From the human T2T-CHM13v2.0 reference genome, Homo sapiens: DNA of 64,000 nucleotides. Positions 58,500-64,000 of the stretch are shown here, one piece after another. The notes under the pieces are model-generated. The model did not search any database, was not told the DNA's origin, and worked only from the letters and a program-made list of their open reading frames with translations. Within the stretch, counting starts at the first letter, position 1; the number at the start of each line of letters is the position of its first letter. The DNA lies in contig CP068257.2 of the NCBI GenBank assembly GCA_009914755.4, forward strand, positions 20,640,001 to 20,704,000, given 5' to 3'. The position numbers and the translations under genes were made by a program.

Positions 58500-58880
58500 T
58501 GTATTAGTTAGTTCTCACATTGCTATTAAGAAATACCTGAAAGTGGGTGATTTACAAAGAAAAGAGGTTTAATTGCCTATGGTTCTGCAAGCTGTGCAGG
58601 ATGCATGTCTGGGAAGGTCTCAGGAAACTTACAGTCATGGCAGAAGGATAAGGGGAAGCAGGCACATCTTACATGGCCAGAGCAAGAGGAAGAGAAGAGG
58701 GGAGCAGGTGCTACACACTTTTAACCAATCAGATCAGTGAGTAATAAGTCAGTCACTATCATGAAAACAGCATGAAAGGGAAAATTTGACCCCATGATCC
58801 AATCACCTCCCACCAGCCCCAACTCCAACATTAGGGATTACAGTGAGATTTGGGTTGGTACACAGCCCCAAAACCTATCA
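58500..58880 (-). mobile_element. 5' LTR of the second MaLR element (antisense)
   Basis: tgtattagttagttctcacattgctattaagaaatacctgaaagtgggtgatttacaaag…gatttgggttggtacacagccccaaaacctatca. The flanking 5-mers GAAGA (56594-56598) and GAAGG (58881-58885) form a TSD. Confidence 0.8.
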
Positions 58881-59649
58881 GAAGGCATATGTCAATAGAC
58901 ACCTTGGAACTTCTAAGCATATTTAAAATACTAAAATTGCCTCCTTATAAAACACAATCTCAAAATCAACTGAAAAGAACAAACAGTTAAAGATGAACAG
59001 AAAGTTTCTAGAAGCTTGGATTTGTTTTGTCTCTGGAGACTTTCCTTTCTCTTTTTCCCACTAGCTCCTCTTCATCCTTCTTTACCTAAATTAACTTTCC
59101 CTCCAGATTCCTCAGCACCCCTCACCCCCAAGCAAATTTAGACTCCTAAAAACCTATCTCTTTAAAATGCAACTCACTGGTAATCTCTTTGGACCCCACC
59201 ATATCAACCAGCCCTGCTTCAGAATAACTAACTACTGCAAAGGGTAAGGATTTTTCAATAAGCCTTTTAGTGCTTTTGTTTCACAACCCATTCTTTTCAA
59301 TCTTTGTCTTCTTCAGGATGCCCATTCCTTTTTGCATGTTAATTCTGCCCTCCTTTCATGAATTTGGGTGTGATTTTCTGGAAAAATACCATACTGAATT
59401 TTTTTTTATGAAACAAATAATTTTAGAATGTGACAAACCAAATTGTGTTGACTCAAGCTTGAATTCCCCTGACTCCTCAAATTCTCACATTTGCTATTTC
59501 ATTCCCTCTTTAGAGAAGAAAAATAATGCCATGCTTTTACTACTAAGTCAAACACCTGCCTCTTGACTTAAATATGAAAAGGAAGACAACACTCACATAG
59601 AAAAAAGAAGACAGCACTTTGAGTCTTAACCCAAAGCACAGATCCCAAC

Positions 59650-60530
59650 ACTATCCACTAGAATACTGTAACCCATAACTGGATTGTCTTACTCTGAATT
59701 TTGTCTGCCTAAGTGCTGTTTCTTCTGCAGCCTTGTTAGTAAAGGCAACTGAGAAGATACTCATGGGATCTCCAACACCTGTATGTGTGCCTAATGTAGT
59801 GGAAACTCTCTTAAACTCACATTGTAGTGAGGCAAACCTCGAAATTGGATCTCAGCCCAGAAGGCCATGTGAGTTCTTGGTTTTGCATAGAAAAGAATTC
59901 AGGAGTGAGCTCACAGAGTAAAGTGAAAGCAAGTTTATTAAGACAGTAAATAAATAAAAGGATGGCTACCCCATAGGCAGAGAAGCAGCATGGGCTGCTT
60001 AAGTGACTGCACTCATAGTTATTTCTTGATTATATGCTAAACAAGGGGTGAATTATTCATGAAATTTCCAGGAAAAGGATGGGGAATCCTGGAATTCAGG
60101 TTTTCTCCCCTTTTCAGACCGTATAGGGTAGCTTCTCGATTTTTCCATGCCATTTGTAAACTTTCATGGCACAGGTGGGAGTTTCCTTTACCATGCTAAT
60201 GCATTATAATTAGCAAATAATGAGCAGTGAGGATGATCAGTGATGCTTTCCTCACCCTCTTGGTTTTGGTGGGTTTTGGTTAGCTTCCTGACTGCATCCT
60301 GTTTTATCAGCAGGGTCTTTGTGACCTATATGTTGTTAAACAAGTCCTGCCAATTTTCTATCTCAACATCACTCTCAGTATTTTATACCAGTCAACTTAC
60401 TTTCTATGACCTGCTTCTATTTGTGGCTCCTCATGTCATTTCCTCATGCTGCAATGACCATAACTCTGCAACTCCCTTGCCCTCTCCTTTAAAAGAGATA
60501 CCACATGGCTGCCCAATCCAACAGACCACC
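59650..60530 (-). mobile_element. Unclassified ERV-type LTR on the minus strand
   Basis: The minus-strand reading contains …aataaacttgctttcactttactctgtgagctcactcctgaattc…, a poly(A) signal followed by an R/U5-like CTTGCTTTCAC motif. Upstream it contains …ccatgaaagtttacaaatggcatgg…tgtttagcatataatcaagaaataactatgagtgcag… The family was not identified and the boundaries are approximate. Confidence 0.45.
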
Positions 60531-60559
60531 TTTTAACTTCTCAGGAGAATCTGCAAAAG

Positions 60560-61040
60560 ACTCCTATGGAAAATGCTGAGTTGCCCTGTTTTACAGATGT
60601 CTCTCATTTAAAGAATGACACTAAAGAGTGATAATTTAAGTGTTATTTTTAAATATGAGTAAGTATTGTGCAGGCTACAATTATCCTCCTTAGAAATTGT
60701 GGAGGCAGCTCCTTTGCCTTTAGCACTTCAGCCCAGCAGATGGAATGATTTGCCTTCACTGGAGGCTGTCTTGTTGCTAAGGGAAACTTTTAATGTCTAT
60801 AAAGACAGTAGGTATGCTTTTGGAGTTGCTTATAATTTTGGAATGTTGTGGAAATGAGGAGATTTTCTCACTCTCAATGGACAAAATGGGCCATATGTAA
60901 AAGAATTACCAGATGCAACACAGCTACTTGCTGCTTTAGCCATTATCCAACTCTTTGACCGTTTAAAACTAAATGCTATGGAATCAAGAGGAAATCACCT
61001 TGCTGATAGCCTGGCAGAGAGTGCTGCCCTTAAAGTCCTA
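60560..61040 (+). pseudogene. ERV pol RNase H domain remnant
   Basis: See the motifs above. Frameshifts and stops interrupt it. Confidence 0.7.
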
Positions 61041-61950
61041 CTTATTAATCAAATCTCTGCCATAATCCACCTAGAAAAATTTCTCAAATATCACCTTAAA
61101 ATAGTTACTAAAGATGCACAAAATTGGGCAACAGAGACCAAAAAAAAATTTGGAAAAATAATGGCTATTGGTTTAATGACAAAAGAACTCTGGTTTGGGC
61201 CAGATAGAAAGCCTGTTCTCTCAGACTCCATGACATTTTTGCTGTTATCTACTGTACATGATTTAAATCACTGTGCTATAGAAAAGATGATTACTTTTAT
61301 AAAATAATACTGGTGGCGTAACATTCACAAAACTGCCAAAGGTGCTTGTCTGGCCTGCCCCACGTGTCCTAAATTAAACCTTGGAAAGTAAATGCAAACC
61401 GTGCCTCACCATTTTAAACTTCCTAATGAGCCATTCATGATTTGGCAGATAAATATTATCCAGCTACCTACCACACATGGGTACAAGAATAATTCAGTCA
61501 TAATCTGATGTTCTTCCATTGGGTTGAAGCATTCCCTGAAGACAGGCCACATTCCCTGAAGACAGGCTAGAGTCCTATTAAAAAAAAAATCCATACCTGA
61601 GGCATGCCCTCAAGCTCCACAGCAAGTGACAAACTTATTTTACTGCACAAGATATAGAACAAGTGTGTGCTAATTGGCTAGCATTGTAGCACTTTTATTA
61701 TGCTTATCACTCTCAGTTCTTTGGAATTGTTGAATGCATTAATAGTATTTTAAAAACTTAATTGGAAAAGTTTATAGAAACCTTATAGTTACCATGACCA
61801 AATGCCCTACCTATAGTGCTTCAAGCTTAAGGGCAACGCTCTTTGAATTCCATAATTTTTCACATTTCCAGTAATTACGGGATGCCCCAGGCATTTGATC
61901 CCACCTTGTTTTGACCCCAAATTAATAAAAGGTGAAATGTTTCAATATTG
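61040..61950 (+). pseudogene. ERV pol integrase remnant: HHCC zinc finger and catalytic core
   Basis: H-x3-H…C-x2-C spacing in HDLNHCAIEKM…CLACPTCP. The core is recognisable. A 17-bp tandem duplication lies at about 61536-61572. Confidence 0.65.
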
Positions 61951-62051
61951 TAAGGGTATAATCAAGGTTATGAATAAAAATTGTACTCTGATAGAACAAT
62001 ATTTTCACAGTGCACTCCTGGGAGATGAAGACCTAAAACACCATAACCGTA

Positions 62052-62364
62052 TGGGCGGAGTGGCTGATGCCTGTAATCCCAGAAAATTGGGAGGCAGAGG
62101 CAGGTAGATCATTTGAGGGCCAGGAGTTAGAGACCAGCCTGGCTAACATGGCGGAACCCCATCTCTACTAACAATATAAAAATTTGCCAGGTGTGGTGGT
62201 GCATGTCTGTAATCCTAGCTACTTGGGTGGCTGAGGCAGGAGAATCAGTTGAACCCAGGAGAGGGAAGTTGTAGTGAACAGAAATTGCGCCACTGAACCC
62301 CAGCCTGGGAGACAGAGTGAGCGTTGTCTTAAAAAACAAACAAACAAATAAACAAACAAAAACA
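62052..62364 (+). mobile_element. Alu SINE with a (CAAA)n tail, inserted in the ERV
   Basis: gggcggagtggctgatgcctgtaatcccagaaaattgggaggcagaggcaggtagatc… The tail is aaaacaaacaaacaaataaacaaacaaaaaca. Confidence 0.9.
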
Positions 62365-63438
62365 TCATAACCTACAACCAGGGTATTCTGTCTATTGAAA
62401 AAGACATTTACAAAAGGATTACCTCCAACCTCTCTGGAAAGCCCCATGTCATGTCTTATTCACCAATCATTGTGCAACTAAACTTACAGAAATTGATTCC
62501 TGGATACATATGTCTCTTCAAAGAAGACATTGGCTCCTGAGTGGAATTGCATCTCTGTTGACAAATACAAAATAAGTATTTCTAGGATTTAAAGCAGATG
62601 ACATCTAGTGGTTGGTTTCTCCAAAAATTCCCAGGACTGGGCTGTATACAATACTTTCACTTATAATTTTTACTTTTTCTCCCTCCTTCCCCTGGAAAGA
62701 CAATAACCTTGTCTGTATTTCCCAATTCATCACTATGGAGGGAGGATAAAGAAGAGTCTTACTAATTGTTGTAAAAACCTTAATCTGTCTCTGATTTTAA
62801 TGACTTCTTAGTTTTACTTGTAATGAATTTCACTAACATCCCAAATCCAACCACCCATACAAATTGTATCATTGGACCCTCTTATAGGATTAAGCTTTCT
62901 CATTTATCTTTAACTTCTGTTTCCTGCCTCACCTTATTAAATAAGCAACCTCCCAGCTGGGTCCCAGGAATGTGCAATGAACCATCCCTCTTAAACCATT
63001 CAGCAGCATATCCTAAGGTGCAGAAAAAAATTATTAGGACTGGCTTAAGGAGGAGGGGTAATTAACAACTTGCAATAGCATAACTGACCGTCGTCAGCTT
63101 GATTGTGTATCATACAGAAAAATCACAGATGGAAAAATTGTCTGTGTTCCTACTGGCTATATCTACTTTTGTGGTTGAGGCACCTCAGCATGGGCCTCCA
63201 AATGTTTTGGCATTTAGACAACAGGAGGTGAACATGGGATTGGATATTTGACCTCTGTATTGTCAACATGTAATAGATCTGAAACTGATCACTGAGTAAT
63301 CATTGGGCTGCTCCACTCAGGTTACATCACAGAACCAGGTGAAATTTCCCCTCATGACTCCCTAGTGATGACAATCATTTCTATGCTGTTTTCATCTGAA
63401 AAATCTTTCCCTGGGGTGGAATTTTGGCTAATGAATGA

Positions 63439-63723
63439 GTGATTCAAAATCTCTCTATCAACCTTAGTAACCTTGCAGACTCCACTGCAGAGGCTATCAC
63501 TGCACAGCAGCACTCATTAGTTTCCACTGCCAGAGTAATTTTAGATAACAGAATTGCTCTTGATTATCTGTTAGCTGAAGAAGGCGACGTCTTTGCTATT
63601 GCTAATAAATACTACATGCTGCACTTGGATACACTCCTCTGGAGAAGAGACACAGTTACACCAAATAAGAGAACAACCCACATAGCTACAACAAATCTCA
63701 GCCAGTCCCACATGCTCATTTGA
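63439..63723 (+). pseudogene. ERV env transmembrane (TM) subunit remnant with an immunosuppressive-domain-like motif
   Basis: The 94-aa ORF contains LDNRIALDYLLAEEGDVFAIANKYYM, matching the gammaretroviral TM consensus LQNRRGLDLL.AE.GG.C.AL.E.CCFY. The cysteines are replaced. Confidence 0.7.
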
Positions 63724-63840
63724 TTTGTTCAGTTAGTTGCCTTTAGGCCTAGGCTTATCAATTGAAATCACCATGCAAATTGGAGTTATCATATTCTTGG
63801 TCTTTTGACTTTGTATTTTTCTTTTTAAAATGTCTGCCTG

Positions 63841-64000
63841 CTGGCCAGAGACAGTGGCTCATGCCTGTAATCCCAGCATTTTGGGAGGCTGAGGCAGGTG
63901 GATCACCTGAGGTCAGGAGCTCGAGACCAGCCTGGCCAACATGGTGAAACCCCATCTCTACTAACAAAAGAATACAAAAATTAGCCTGGTGTGGTGGCAG
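63841..64000 (+). mobile_element. Alu SINE, 5' part, truncated by the window end
   Basis: ggccagagacagtggctcatgcctgtaatcccagcattttgggaggctgaggcaggtggatcacctgaggtcaggagctcgagaccagcctggccaacatggtgaaaccc…. Confidence 0.9.

Larger units (their letters stand above)
60540..63790 (+). mobile_element. Class I (gamma-like) ERV internal fragment: pol RNase H, integrase and env SU/TM. It is interrupted by an Alu and the 3' LTR is not seen before the terminal Alu
   Basis: RNase H reads …ENAELPCFTDVSHL…TSAQQMELIALTEAVLLLRETFNVYKDSRYAFGVAYNFG…GPYVKELPDATQLLAALAIIQLFDRLKLNAMESRGNHLADSLAESAALK at 60560-61040. The integrase HHCC finger is …HDLNHCAIEKM…YWWRNIHKTAKGACLACPTCPKLN, and the core is …IWQINIIQLP…GYKN…SVII.CSS.GLKHSL at 61040-61700. 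The env TM carries ILDNRIALDYLLAEEGDVFAIANKYYM at 63439-63723. A possible furin-site remnant GLRRRG lies near 63050. Confidence 0.75.

Overview
This 64-kb window is primate nuclear DNA, most probably human or a close hominid. AluY/AluS/AluJ SINEs, L1PA-, L1PB- and L1M-type LINEs, THE1/MST MaLR elements, a Tigger1 DNA transposon and a MADE1 (Hsmar1) MITE are all present, so it is not a prokaryotic or viral locus. By my reading roughly 55-65% of the window is recognisable interspersed repeat. The rest is AT-rich, CpG-depleted sequence with no convincing exon, no CpG island and no RNA gene. Every ORF in the supplied six-frame track that I could assign falls inside a transposable-element remnant (L1 ORF1/ORF2, Tigger transposase, ERV pol/env, MaLR internal region, Alu). 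None is supportable as a cellular protein-coding gene, and I found no CRISPR array or operon-like defence or metabolic system. The main structural landmarks are these. (i) A twin-priming-inverted L1 at 1-1926, inserted into the integrase end of an antisense class-I ERV internal region at about 1927-7580 that itself carries a nested MER1-like hAT MITE. (ii) A three-level nest at 17.4-28.0 kb: old L1M, then Tigger1, then a younger L1, with two Alus in the L1M. (iii) Two full-length MaLR (THE1/MST-type) LTR-internal-LTR elements at 52.5-54.8 kb and 56.6-58.9 kb. They lie in opposite orientation, each has a near-perfect 5-bp target-site duplication, and together they form a large imperfect inverted repeat. 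(iv) A second class-I ERV fragment on the plus strand (RNase H, integrase and env TM with an immunosuppressive-domain-like motif) at about 60.5-63.8 kb, abutted by an unclassified minus-strand LTR. (v) Several microsatellites, including a pentanucleotide array bracketed by a perfect 15-bp inverted repeat. Older repeats (MIR, L2, further MaLR fragments) are almost certainly present in the stretches I call unique but cannot be called reliably by eye. I rate the hypothesis of an exciting undescribed biological system here as not supported by the sequence.
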